A DNA stretch of 33,620 bases from Bacteroidia bacterium (GTDB taxonomy: Bacteria; Bacteroidota; Bacteroidia; CAIKAF01): NCBI GenBank assembly GCA_036562365.1, contig DATCKI010000289.1, forward strand, positions 1 through 33,620. Direction: 5' to 3'. This document shows positions 8,993 through 17,102 of this stretch, piece after piece. A program made the position numbers and the translations under genes. The notes under the pieces are model-generated. The model ran no database searches and was not told the origin of the DNA. It saw only the letters and a program-made list of their open reading frames with translations. How positions within the stretch are numbered: the stretch's first letter is position 1; every line of letters starts with the position of its first letter.

Positions 8993-9526
8993 ATGAAAAA
9001 ATTATTAAACGTTTTACTTGTCGCTATTCTTGTAACAGCTTCAACTGCTGTAGCATCTGCTCAAACCAAAAAAATTGGTATCATTAATATGGAGAAAATT
9101 GTATCTCTAATGCCTGAAAAAGCTAAAGCAGATACTATGGTATATGAATACCAAATGGAGCTTTTCAAAGAATACGAAGCAAAACAAAAAGTATTACAAG
9201 AAAAAATAACTGAATATCAGAAAAAAGTAAGCGAAGGAACTTACTCTGAAGCTATGAAACAATTAAAAGCTAACGAAATTCAAGAAGATGAATACCGTCT
9301 TCAAACTTTTGGTAGCCAAATTGAAGAAGAATTATTAGAAAAACGTAATAAATTATATGCTCCTATTATGGAGAAAATTACAAACGCTGCTAAAGAAGTT
9401 TGTAAAGAAAAAGGTTATTCTCATGTAGTAGACTCTTCTATGTTTATCTACTTCGATGAATCTGACCTTTTAGATGAATTCATCATCACTAAATTAAAAT
9501 TAACCAAACCTGCTGGTTCTAAGTAA
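8993..9526 (+). CDS. OmpH/Skp-family periplasmic chaperone
   Basis: 177 aa with a signal peptide ending ASAQ and a long K/E/Q-rich coiled-coil body. Size and composition fit OmpH/Skp. Confidence 0.7.
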   Translation: MKKLLNVLLVAILVTASTAVASAQTKKIGIINMEKIVSLMPEKAKADTMVYEYQMELFKEYEAKQKVLQEKITEYQKKVSEGTYSEAMKQLKANEIQEDEYRLQTFGSQIEEELLEKRNKLYAPIMEKITNAAKEVCKEKGYSHVVDSSMFIYFDESDLLDEFIITKLKLTKPAGSK

Positions 9527-9582
9527 GCACCTTTAAGCTACGATTAAACGATTTTTAATATATATAATTATCGATATTTATG

Positions 9583-9607
9583 AGGCGACTTTTTAGTCGC
9601 CTTTTTT
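9583..9607 (+). terminator. rho-independent terminator of the OmpH/Skp gene
   Basis: Stem ggcgact (9584-9590) / agtcgcc (9595-9601), tttt loop, then TTTTTT. Confidence 0.75.
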
Positions 9608-9614
9608 ATTTATT

Positions 9615-9622
9615 TACCTTTG
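9615..9622 (+). promoter_or_regulatory. Bacteroidota -7 promoter box TACCTTTG for queD (predicts a leaderless mRNA)
   Basis: Exact TAnnTTTG, only 4 nt upstream of the ATG at 9627. Confidence 0.55.
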
Positions 9623-9626
9623 CACT

Positions 9627-10043
9627 ATGGAAAAGGTTACTGTTATACGTAAAGCTCAATTTAATGCCGCCCACCGCTTACACAACCCCAATTGGGATCA
9701 GGCAAAAAATACTGCAGTATTTGGAAAATGCAGTATGCCTAATTATCACGGCCATAATTATACCATCGAAATTGCTTTAACTGGCCCCATTGACCCTGAA
9801 ACAGGTTATGTTTTCGACCTTGGACTATTAGCCCAAATAGTTAAAGATGAAATCGAAGAAAGATTCGACCACAGAAACTTAAATTTAGATACAGTAGAAT
9901 TTAAAAATCTTAATCCAACTGCAGAAAATATAACTTTAGTTATATATCAGCTCTTGAGAAAAAGAATTGATGCTAGCCTTGACCTTAGAATTAAACTCTA
10001 CGAAACCGAAAGAAATATGGTTATTTACCCGCCTCTGCCTTAG
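9627..10043 (+). CDS. queD: 6-carboxytetrahydropterin synthase / 6-pyruvoyl-tetrahydropterin synthase family
   Basis: 138 aa with FNAAHRL and CSMPNYHGHNY (Cys plus His-x-His) catalytic/zinc motifs of the PTPS/QueD family. Confidence 0.85.
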   Translation: MEKVTVIRKAQFNAAHRLHNPNWDQAKNTAVFGKCSMPNYHGHNYTIEIALTGPIDPETGYVFDLGLLAQIVKDEIEERFDHRNLNLDTVEFKNLNPTAENITLVIYQLLRKRIDASLDLRIKLYETERNMVIYPPLP

Positions 10044-11322
10044 CCTTCGCTTTAGCCTCTTTTTCTTTCGCCTTCTTTCTTAATTGCTTATTAACCGACA
10101 TCTTGCTAACGTCTATCAAGAATCGTTTCCATGCATCTCCACGATGTCCTTTTACCGAACCATTTCTAAAGGTATCAAAGTAAAATTTCACATACATCGA
10201 TGAATAAATTGCACATACTTCATGATTAAACTTAGGACCAACATGCGTTTTCTTAAGATTTTTAGCCCCGTTCTTCTTCATCACTTTATATGCAACTAAT
10301 GCATTTTTATAGGTAACCTGCTCGTCGGCCTTACAATAACATAGCATCATAGGCGACTCAGGCTTCCAATCATATAAATTATTCGACTCTAATAGCTTGC
10401 GTAATGCATTTGTACTATCGTTAAGATATGCATGCAATACTTCATCTTTAAAAATATCAGCTGGAATCTTAGGCAAATGCTTATTTACCTCCCCAAAATC
10501 TTTAACTCCATCAAATAATACAGGAACTAATGAATCGTATGGAGCTTTTAATAATTCTGATGGATGATACCCTAAATCATATACTTGATGATATCCCATC
10601 AAAATATATGGTAAATACATTGGATGATCATATTCTTTAAACATTACCTCTGCCTGAACTCCCGTCATATCATACGCACCACTCATCGGTGCCGCAGCTG
10701 TAACCTTAAATTCCCCTTTGCAACGCTCTTGTATAAATTTGGTGGTACTCATACTCGCGTGCCCACCTTGCGAATACCCTGTTACAAATAATTTATCTGA
10801 ATACTTTATATTTAGATCTTTTAGTATATTCTGCGAAGCTCTAAGCATATCTACCGACGCTTGTGCCTCCGATTCTGCATGCTGATATGGATGAAATCCC
10901 TCTCCTTTTCCTATACCAAAATAATCTGGAAATACCATTATATACCCATCTCCAGCAAATGCAGCACATATAAATTGCTCTCCCTGTAAATCTATTTCTC
11001 TATTTTTTACTAATTGGGTTCCATGATTGTATATAATAATCGGCATTTCTCCCTCTACTCCCGTTGGCACAAACAAAATGCCACTCGCTTTTACTTCTCG
11101 ACCATTCGGATACGCAGAAGTATAAATCACTTCATATACATCTACCCCATTCTTGACAGAAATAATAACTTCTGGAACTTTATACTTCTTAAACATGGAA
11201 AGAAGTTCCTCTTTACTTAAACTAATTACTTTCTCAGAAGAAATTACTTCGCCATTTTTAGCGAATACAGTGCTGGTCGCCACTAAAGCGATAAAACAAA
11301 TTAAACTAAATACCTTTTTCAT
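10021..11322 (-). CDS. secreted alpha/beta-hydrolase (lipase/esterase family)
   Basis: The nucleophile elbow is GYSQGG. I moved the start to the ATG at 11322 (MKKVFSLICFIALVATSTVFA signal peptide), because the track start at 11343 falls inside the -7 box. The C-terminus is a Lys/Ala/Glu-rich tail. Confidence 0.7.
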   Translation of the reverse strand: MKKVFSLICFIALVATSTVFAKNGEVISSEKVISLSKEELLSMFKKYKVPEVIISVKNGVDVYEVIYTSAYPNGREVKASGILFVPTGVEGEMPIIIYNHGTQLVKNREIDLQGEQFICAAFAGDGYIMVFPDYFGIGKGEGFHPYQHAESEAQASVDMLRASQNILKDLNIKYSDKLFVTGYSQGGHASMSTTKFIQERCKGEFKVTAAAPMSGAYDMTGVQAEVMFKEYDHPMYLPYILMGYHQVYDLGYHPSELLKAPYDSLVPVLFDGVKDFGEVNKHLPKIPADIFKDEVLHAYLNDSTNALRKLLESNNLYDWKPESPMMLCYCKADEQVTYKNALVAYKVMKKNGAKNLKKTHVGPKFNHEVCAIYSSMYVKFYFDTFRNGSVKGHRGDAWKRFLIDVSKMSVNKQLRKKAKEKEAKAKAKAEAGK

Positions 11323-11340
11323 GAATTGTGTTACGTTGCC

Positions 11341-11348
11341 CAAATATA
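11341..11348 (-). promoter_or_regulatory. Bacteroidota -7 promoter box TATATTTG for the lipase gene
   Basis: Exact TAnnTTTG on the reverse strand, 18 nt upstream of the ATG at 11322. Confidence 0.55.
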
Positions 11349-11383
11349 CAAAATATTATGCATGCATCCTATTTCTTTGGACT

Positions 11384-12277
11384 TTAAAAACAAGTTTTTA
11401 AAGCCTCACTTAAGTAACTATACTTAAACTTATATCCCGTGTCTTTAATTTTATGATTCGAGGCTGGAGAACCTTCTAAAAGTATACACGACATTTCTCC
11501 TAAAATCAGTTTAATCAAAAATTTAGGCAAATAAATACGGGGTCTTTTCTTCAATTTTCCTAATTCTTCCATAAACATGGAATTATTTGGAATTTCGTCA
11601 GAAAGCATATTATAACTTCCACTTGGGACTGAATGAGAAAGTGCATGAAGTATAATTCCGTTTAGGTCATCTATATGAATCCAAGGCATCCATTGCGCGC
11701 CAGATCCCATTACCACTGCAGGCCCAAAATTCATGGTATTTGCTATTTTCTGAACTGCGCCACCATCTTTACTTAAAACCATTGAGATGCGCAGTTTTAT
11801 TACTTTATTAGCTATTTTATTAAATTCATCTGCAGCCTGTTCCCAATCTACACTTAATTGAGCTAAAAAATCTGTACCAGGCTTGTCGCTTTCTACAAAT
11901 GGCTCTCTTTGTGTTACTGTACCATAATAAGAAATTCCAGAGGCCGAAATAAAATGACTTAAACTAAGTCCTTTCTCCTCGCAATATTTCTTTAAAAGTT
12001 TGCTTGATTCAATTCTTGAAGAATATAAATTTCGTTTTTGTGTGTCTGTCCATCTTTTCTCTCCAACATTTTCACCAGCTAAATGTATAATAGCATCAAT
12101 AGACTCGAATGCACCTTCTTCAACAAAACCATTGTTGATATTCCATAAATACGACTCAATGGCAGGATTAGAAATACGGGATCTGGATAAAGTCTTAACC
12201 CTATGCCCATTTGCAATTAAGAGTGGAATTAAATGCGTCCCAACTAAACCACTTGCTCCCGTAAGAAGTATATTCAT
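11384..12277 (-). CDS. NAD-dependent epimerase-family protein (YfcH / TIGR01777-like, SDR fold)
   Basis: 297 aa with an N-terminal Rossmann motif ILLTGASGLVG. Length and C-terminal region fit the YfcH-type family. The ATG lies 1 nt after the response-regulator stop. Confidence 0.7.
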   Translation of the reverse strand: MNILLTGASGLVGTHLIPLLIANGHRVKTLSRSRISNPAIESYLWNINNGFVEEGAFESIDAIIHLAGENVGEKRWTDTQKRNLYSSRIESSKLLKKYCEEKGLSLSHFISASGISYYGTVTQREPFVESDKPGTDFLAQLSVDWEQAADEFNKIANKVIKLRISMVLSKDGGAVQKIANTMNFGPAVVMGSGAQWMPWIHIDDLNGIILHALSHSVPSGSYNMLSDEIPNNSMFMEELGKLKKRPRIYLPKFLIKLILGEMSCILLEGSPASNHKIKDTGYKFKYSYLSEALKTCF

Positions 12278-12278
12278 C

Positions 12279-12998
12279 CTAGTTAAATCTGTGTTTTTCT
12301 AATTTTTGTTGTACATCATCTTTAAATGTAGTTCCAATCGTTAGAAGCTCATCTTTAATACGGAAGGAATTGCCTTCAATCTCTTTAACATGCTTAAGAT
12401 TAATAATATACGACCTATGAATACGAATAAAATTATCTAATTTCATAAGTAATGTTTCGATATTTTTCATGGTATTATGTGTAATAATTCTAGAGTCTTT
12501 CAAATGAATTATCACATAATCTTTAAGTCCTTCTACGTAATAAATATCGTTTAAAATAACCTTAATATGTTTACCATCAGCCTTTACGAAGATATAATCA
12601 GGAGTTTCTTCAGAGGCAGAATTCGCATTTCCATTCGAGCGTTTGCTAAGACGATCTTTTGCTTTTTCAACCGCTTTAATAAATCGATCAAAAGCTACAG
12701 GTTTAAGCAGGTAGTCGGCTGCATCAATTTCGTACGACTCAAGGGCATAATTTTGATAAGCAGTAGTAAATACAACTAAAGGTGGGTTTTTCAAGCTTTT
12801 TAATAGTTCCAAACCTGTAACTTCAGGCATTTGAATATCGAGAAACATTAAATCTATCTCTCCACTACTTAAAACCGAATATGCATCGCTAGCGCTATTT
12901 ACTTTAGCAACCATTTGAAGGTCTGGAATTCTTTGCACGAAAGATTCTATAATATCAGCGGCTAGTGGCTCGTCATCAACAATTAAACAACGTATCAT
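12279..12998 (-). CDS. LytR/AlgR-family response regulator (receiver plus LytTR DNA-binding domain)
   Basis: 239 aa. The receiver domain has DDEP and the phospho-acceptor context LMFLDIQMP. The C-terminal LytTR block is FIRIHRSYIINLKHV. Confidence 0.85.
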   Translation of the reverse strand: MIRCLIVDDEPLAADIIESFVQRIPDLQMVAKVNSASDAYSVLSSGEIDLMFLDIQMPEVTGLELLKSLKNPPLVVFTTAYQNYALESYEIDAADYLLKPVAFDRFIKAVEKAKDRLSKRSNGNANSASEETPDYIFVKADGKHIKVILNDIYYVEGLKDYVIIHLKDSRIITHNTMKNIETLLMKLDNFIRIHRSYIINLKHVKEIEGNSFRIKDELLTIGTTFKDDVQQKLEKHRFN

Positions 12999-13001
12999 AG
13001 G

Positions 13002-14057
13002 TTATGAATTTTTAATGATTAAAGTTACTGAATATAATTGGTTATCGCTCTTAATTAATAAAGTATGTCGATGTGGATAAATCAAGGCTAAGCGTTTACG
13101 AGTGTTTTCAATACCTATTCCACCAGCTCTTTCGGGGTCGTGTATAGTTGGACTAAAATTATTTACACAAGTAAAGCGGATTTCATTATCATTAATTTCA
13201 ATTAAAATACGAACAAAACCATCCGAAGCTTTTGAATTTAAGCCATGTTTAATAGCATTTTCAACGAAAGGAATCCATAATAAAGGAGCTATAATTTTAC
13301 CACTTGGATCTCCAGAAATTTGTAGAGAAATTGCTTCTTTATTTTTTAAACGAATTTGTTCTAGTTCGAGATAACTTTGGGTAACATGAATTTCTTTTTC
13401 CAGGGCAATAAATTCCGTTTCGCATTCATAAAGCATATAACGTAGCAAGTCGCTAAGTTTTAAAACCACTTCAGGAGCTTCATCCGACTTCTTAAGAGAT
13501 AATGCATAAATAGAGTTAAGGGTATTAAATAAAAAATGTGGGTTAATTTGAGCTTTAAGGAAGTTTAATTCACTTTCAATTTGCTTACTTTCAATACTTC
13601 TCAAACGATCTTCAGAAGCGAAATAATCGTTTGCAAATTTAGTAAGAGTAAAACCAAAAATAAAAACAGCATTAATAATTAAAACCTCAAAGAAACCAAT
13701 ACTCACAATGCTTCCAGAATCGGTAGTATAGAGTTGAGGGAATAATCTAAATAAGAAATTATAAGAAAACTCTAAAATGAAAGTAGAAACAACCAACCAA
13801 ATCAGCATTACAAAAACATACGCTGAATATTTTTTCTTTTCAAAATAGAGAGGTAAGAGGATAAGGTTGTTTACATAAACAACCATAGCCATAAGTAAAA
13901 TAACAATAATATTCACTGTAAGAAAAGGACCGGCCAAAGCAGGGCCATACCCTTCTCTAAAAAAGGTCAAGAGCTGAATAGCAAGGAAAATTATCCAGAA
14001 ATATATATTTCTGGCAAATCTGCTATTCAAAACAAGAATACTTTTTTTATTAGTCAT
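13002..14057 (-). CDS. membrane sensor histidine kinase, LytS/YehU-type (His_kinase PF06580-like)
   Basis: 351 aa with about five N-terminal TM helices. It has the NPHFLFNTLNSI H-box typical of LytS-type kinases and a C-terminal ATPase with GGIGIEN. Confidence 0.8.
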   Translation of the reverse strand: MTNKKSILVLNSRFARNIYFWIIFLAIQLLTFFREGYGPALAGPFLTVNIIVILLMAMVVYVNNLILLPLYFEKKKYSAYVFVMLIWLVVSTFILEFSYNFLFRLFPQLYTTDSGSIVSIGFFEVLIINAVFIFGFTLTKFANDYFASEDRLRSIESKQIESELNFLKAQINPHFLFNTLNSIYALSLKKSDEAPEVVLKLSDLLRYMLYECETEFIALEKEIHVTQSYLELEQIRLKNKEAISLQISGDPSGKIIAPLLWIPFVENAIKHGLNSKASDGFVRILIEINDNEIRFTCVNNFSPTIHDPERAGGIGIENTRKRLALIYPHRHTLLIKSDNQLYSVTLIIKNS

Positions 14058-14066
14058 AATTACTGC

Positions 14067-14099
14067 ACGAATATGAACGTAATTTAGTAGAATATTCGT
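14067..14099. promoter_or_regulatory. 8-bp inverted repeat ACGAATAT-N17-ATATTCGT just upstream of the kinase gene
   Basis: Perfect arms at 14067-14074 and 14092-14099, starting 10 nt upstream of the kinase ATG (14057). No T-run follows on either strand, so an operator role is more likely than a terminator. Confidence 0.25.
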
Positions 14100-14207
14100 T
14101 TAAATTAGACTAATAATAGCAAATAAAAGACATATACATACTATTTCACATAGTAAGTACAAGTAAAAGAAGGCAGAAAAACATTAAATAACAGAGAGAG
14201 TATAAAT

Positions 14208-14861
14208 CTATTTAAGTCTACTGATTAGATTTTTGAAGAAAATAGCTGTTTCTTCATTGTAATTAGTAAGAATAGCCATAGATCTAAAATGGATATACTT
14301 AGCTAAAAACTCTTCTAAGTTTGAGTCGTAACGACTTAAGAAATCAGGATCTGCGGCTCTTTCATATACTAAATCCTCGGTCATAGCCAAGATTTTAATA
14401 TCTAAATCAGCACGAATAAATCCATCACGTTGAGCTTGCTTGTAAAACTCTCCAACAATCTTAACTAATTCATTTCTGAAGTTCTCCACTTGCTTATACA
14501 ATTCAGGATACTCCAATTTTAAATCAGCTAAAAATGCATTAGATAAGCCTGATACAGCAAAACAAGATAATTCAGTAGATTTTAGATATCTCTCATAATA
14601 ATTTATGGAGTTATCCATTAAAACAGGCATAGACAAAGAAATTTCGTCTATTTTCCATTTTAATAAAGCCTGAATTAAGTCTTCTTTTGAAACAAAATGC
14701 TTGTAAAAGGTTGCTTTACTTACTCCAACTATGGTAGAAAGTTCGTCCATTCGCACATTCGAAAATCCGTTTGCAGAGAAGTGAGGTAATATAATTTTTA
14801 ACCATGCATTTCTTTTTTCTGCATTCAAACTTCTAGTTTTAGGTAAAGGTCTTCTTCCCAT
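14208..14861 (-). CDS. TetR/AcrR-family transcriptional regulator
   Basis: 217 aa with an N-terminal HTH (MDELSTIVGVSKATFYKHFVSKEDLI) and a helical C-terminal ligand domain. Confidence 0.8.
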   Translation of the reverse strand: MGRRPLPKTRSLNAEKRNAWLKIILPHFSANGFSNVRMDELSTIVGVSKATFYKHFVSKEDLIQALLKWKIDEISLSMPVLMDNSINYYERYLKSTELSCFAVSGLSNAFLADLKLEYPELYKQVENFRNELVKIVGEFYKQAQRDGFIRADLDIKILAMTEDLVYERAADPDFLSRYDSNLEEFLAKYIHFRSMAILTNYNEETAIFFKNLISRLK

Positions 14862-14909
14862 TTAATTAAAAATTGGTAGTTCGTTGATTCCGACTGCAAT
14901 ATTACTAAA

Positions 14910-14924
14910 TTAACTAATAGTTAA
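14910..14924. promoter_or_regulatory. candidate TetR operator: perfect palindrome TTAACTA-A-TAGTTAA
   Basis: 7-bp perfect arms around one central base, 49-63 nt upstream of the TetR ATG. On the reverse strand it lies 5 nt upstream of a near-consensus -7 box, TAATATTG (14897-14904). Confidence 0.4.
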
Positions 14925-14937
14925 AAAATTATGAGCT

Positions 14938-16560
14938 TTATCGCCCCCTTCCAACTTGGTTAAAATCCCAATTCACTTTCTGATTAAATCCTCTCCTAAT
15001 TATTATTGGATTCCCCAGTATATAAAGCCTTTCAGGCAGTATTCCCTTATCAAAATCTCCCTCGCTCAATCTTCCATTTCCATCTACATCTACATAGGCA
15101 GATAAACTATAATTCCCAGGAGCTAAGTTATTGATCGTCACAATGGTATCACTCTCCGATAATTTAGTTGAAAAAACTATTTTCTTATCTTTTGTTAAAG
15201 ACACAATAAGAGGGGTCCCACTAGGCCTATTTGTCATAGTTAATTCTAATTCAGCATAGTCCTGAACTTTTAAAAATCCAAAGTTTAACTGTAAACTATC
15301 TATCGTATCATTCTGAATATATGATACAAATGCACCCTTATAGGCCTCTAATTTATATGGCTTATTACTCTCTTTATTGAAAAATAATTGCCACTGCAAC
15401 GGATTTAACGGATTCTCTTGTATGGTAAATGGCCTTGAAACACTATCTATACTTAATTTTATCTTTGATGAATCTACTAAAAGAACTGGATACGGAAATT
15501 GTAATGCTAATGTATCGTAAATACTCATCTCACTACTTGCATTCGGTACCAATTGAGGCAATACTCCCCCCCTTGCTGATCCACTCTTTGCTGATTCTCT
15601 AAATTTTATATTTACTGTATCTGTTAACTTATCAGCCTTAATTATAAAATCAGCATATTTTCTCTCCATCTTAGGTACCCAAACCAAAATAGAATCGGAG
15701 CCATTTATAAGAACTTTGTTATCTACTATTCCCACAGAATCTTTCACCTCAAATGTAACATCGCTTACAGGCTTACTAAACAAAAATGAAAAGGTTCCAT
15801 TCCCGCGGTATTTATGCTTCAGTAATTTTAATGAATCGTTGGTAGAGGTAAACATAAACATAGTTTGCACGGCAAGACTATCTGAATGCACCGGCTCTGT
15901 TAAGAAAGCTATACTTTCTCCAGCCCTATCATAAATAAATGAATTATCTTCCTCTTTTAATGCGAATATTTTAAACTTTTCTTTTCTAATAAATGGAATT
16001 TCGAATGTTCCATCTGCTCGAGTCATAGTCCAAAATTCAGGTTTGTTATTTTTAATAAATTCAGGCGTTGCATCCTCTGGATATAGTCCAATTTTTGCGC
16101 CTTTTATAGGCGCATTATCTAAATAATTCATTAAAAGTCCAACCACCTTGCCTGAATCTAAACTTGGCCCAGTAGAAAATACATAAATCTGCTCTTCTAA
16201 TACATTTCCTTCGTTTAAATCTTTAATAGCCGACTGCATACGAACTGTGTATGTAGTATTTGGTTTAAGCTCTTCTTTTAGCTTAATGGTTATACTCTTA
16301 GGATTTGCAACAATATTGGGTTCTGTTGTTAAAGCTGGAGAGAAAAGTATATTGCGCGAAGGATCATCAACCGTAATAAATTCGTTGAATACAAGTTTAA
16401 TTTCTTTGCTATTAAAATTAGTTGCAAAAGTGTCAGGACTAGCCTTGGCTAATTTAGGGGCTTCGCTATCTCTATCACCACCCGTTAACGGCATCATTTT
16501 AGCACATCCAGAAACTATGAATGCTGCCAATATATAAATGAATAAATGCTTAATTCTCAT
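14938..16560 (-). CDS. Ig-like (SbsA_Ig/Big_5-type) domain lipoprotein
   Basis: 540 aa with a lipoprotein signal (AAFIVSGCAKM). The following GGDRDSEAPKL...FNSKEIKLVFNEFI opening is typical of this conserved Bacteroidota family. A DVDGNGRLSEGD Ca-binding-like loop lies near the C-terminus. Confidence 0.6.
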   Translation of the reverse strand: MRIKHLFIYILAAFIVSGCAKMMPLTGGDRDSEAPKLAKASPDTFATNFNSKEIKLVFNEFITVDDPSRNILFSPALTTEPNIVANPKSITIKLKEELKPNTTYTVRMQSAIKDLNEGNVLEEQIYVFSTGPSLDSGKVVGLLMNYLDNAPIKGAKIGLYPEDATPEFIKNNKPEFWTMTRADGTFEIPFIRKEKFKIFALKEEDNSFIYDRAGESIAFLTEPVHSDSLAVQTMFMFTSTNDSLKLLKHKYRGNGTFSFLFSKPVSDVTFEVKDSVGIVDNKVLINGSDSILVWVPKMERKYADFIIKADKLTDTVNIKFRESAKSGSARGGVLPQLVPNASSEMSIYDTLALQFPYPVLLVDSSKIKLSIDSVSRPFTIQENPLNPLQWQLFFNKESNKPYKLEAYKGAFVSYIQNDTIDSLQLNFGFLKVQDYAELELTMTNRPSGTPLIVSLTKDKKIVFSTKLSESDTIVTINNLAPGNYSLSAYVDVDGNGRLSEGDFDKGILPERLYILGNPIIIRRGFNQKVNWDFNQVGRGR

Positions 16561-17009
16561 TAAAAAAATCTACTTAATTTAGAACAAAGTAGCTCCAACT
16601 CTTCTTTATCTTTACTATCAAACTCATTAAATTTAGTGCTATCCATATCTAGTACTGCAACAACCTCATTATTTTTAATAATGGGTACTACTATTTCGCT
16701 ATTCGATTCTGCACTACAAGCAATATGCCCTTCAAATTCATGTACATTAGGCACTATTATAGTAGCCTTATTTACCCAAGCGGTTCCACATACGCCTTTA
16801 CCTTTTTTAATGCGGGTACATGCAACCGGACCTTGAAAAGGACCTAACATAAGCTCATCGCCTTGCACTAAATAAAATCCTATCCACCAATGCCCAAACT
16901 CTGAACGCAACACCGCAGCGCTATTGGCCAAGTTGGCAATTAGACTGTTTTCTTCACTCAAAATTGAATCAATTTGAGCTTGAATCTTTTTATAGGATTC
17001 CGTTTTCAT
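16560..17009 (-). CDS. GAF-domain protein, free methionine-(R)-sulfoxide reductase-like
   Basis: 149 aa with GKGVCGTAW...VHEFEGHIACSAESNSEIVVPI, matching the fRMsr/YebR-type GAF signature. Its stop overlaps the next ATG (TAATG). Confidence 0.7.
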   Translation of the reverse strand: MKTESYKKIQAQIDSILSEENSLIANLANSAAVLRSEFGHWWIGFYLVQGDELMLGPFQGPVACTRIKKGKGVCGTAWVNKATIIVPNVHEFEGHIACSAESNSEIVVPIIKNNEVVAVLDMDSTKFNEFDSKDKEELELLCSKLSRFF

Positions 17010-17013
17010 CTTA

Positions 17014-17021
17014 CAAAGATA
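17014..17021 (-). promoter_or_regulatory. Bacteroidota -7 promoter box TATCTTTG for the GAF gene (predicts a leaderless mRNA)
   Basis: Exact TAnnTTTG on the reverse strand, 4 nt upstream of the ATG at 17009. Confidence 0.55.
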
Positions 17022-17102
17022 CGTTTGCTGAGCGATGATAAAAATTTTTTAATGCTCTACATAATTTTTAGTAAAGCATTAACGATTCTGATTAAATGGA
17101 AA

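Noticed and set aside
9581-9594. An identical 14-mer, TGAGGCGACTTTTT, shared by the terminators at 9581-9594 and 24330-24343.
   Set aside because: A single 14-nt match in an AT-rich 33-kb window is within chance expectation. The 14-mer is the 5' arm in one hairpin and the 3' arm in the other, so this is not a repeat family.
15566-15572. A run of 7 C (G7 on the coding strand) inside the Ig-like lipoprotein gene, as a possible slipped-strand phase-variation tract.
   Set aside because: Seven residues is short for contingency loci. It simply encodes Arg-Gly-Gly, and I see no second tract or evidence of frame alternatives.
17049-17082. The hairpin ttaatgct-N18-agcattaa downstream of comF, as a possible terminator.
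   Set aside because: The loop is 18 nt and the reverse-strand tail is AAAATTTT rather than a T-run, so it is too weak to call.
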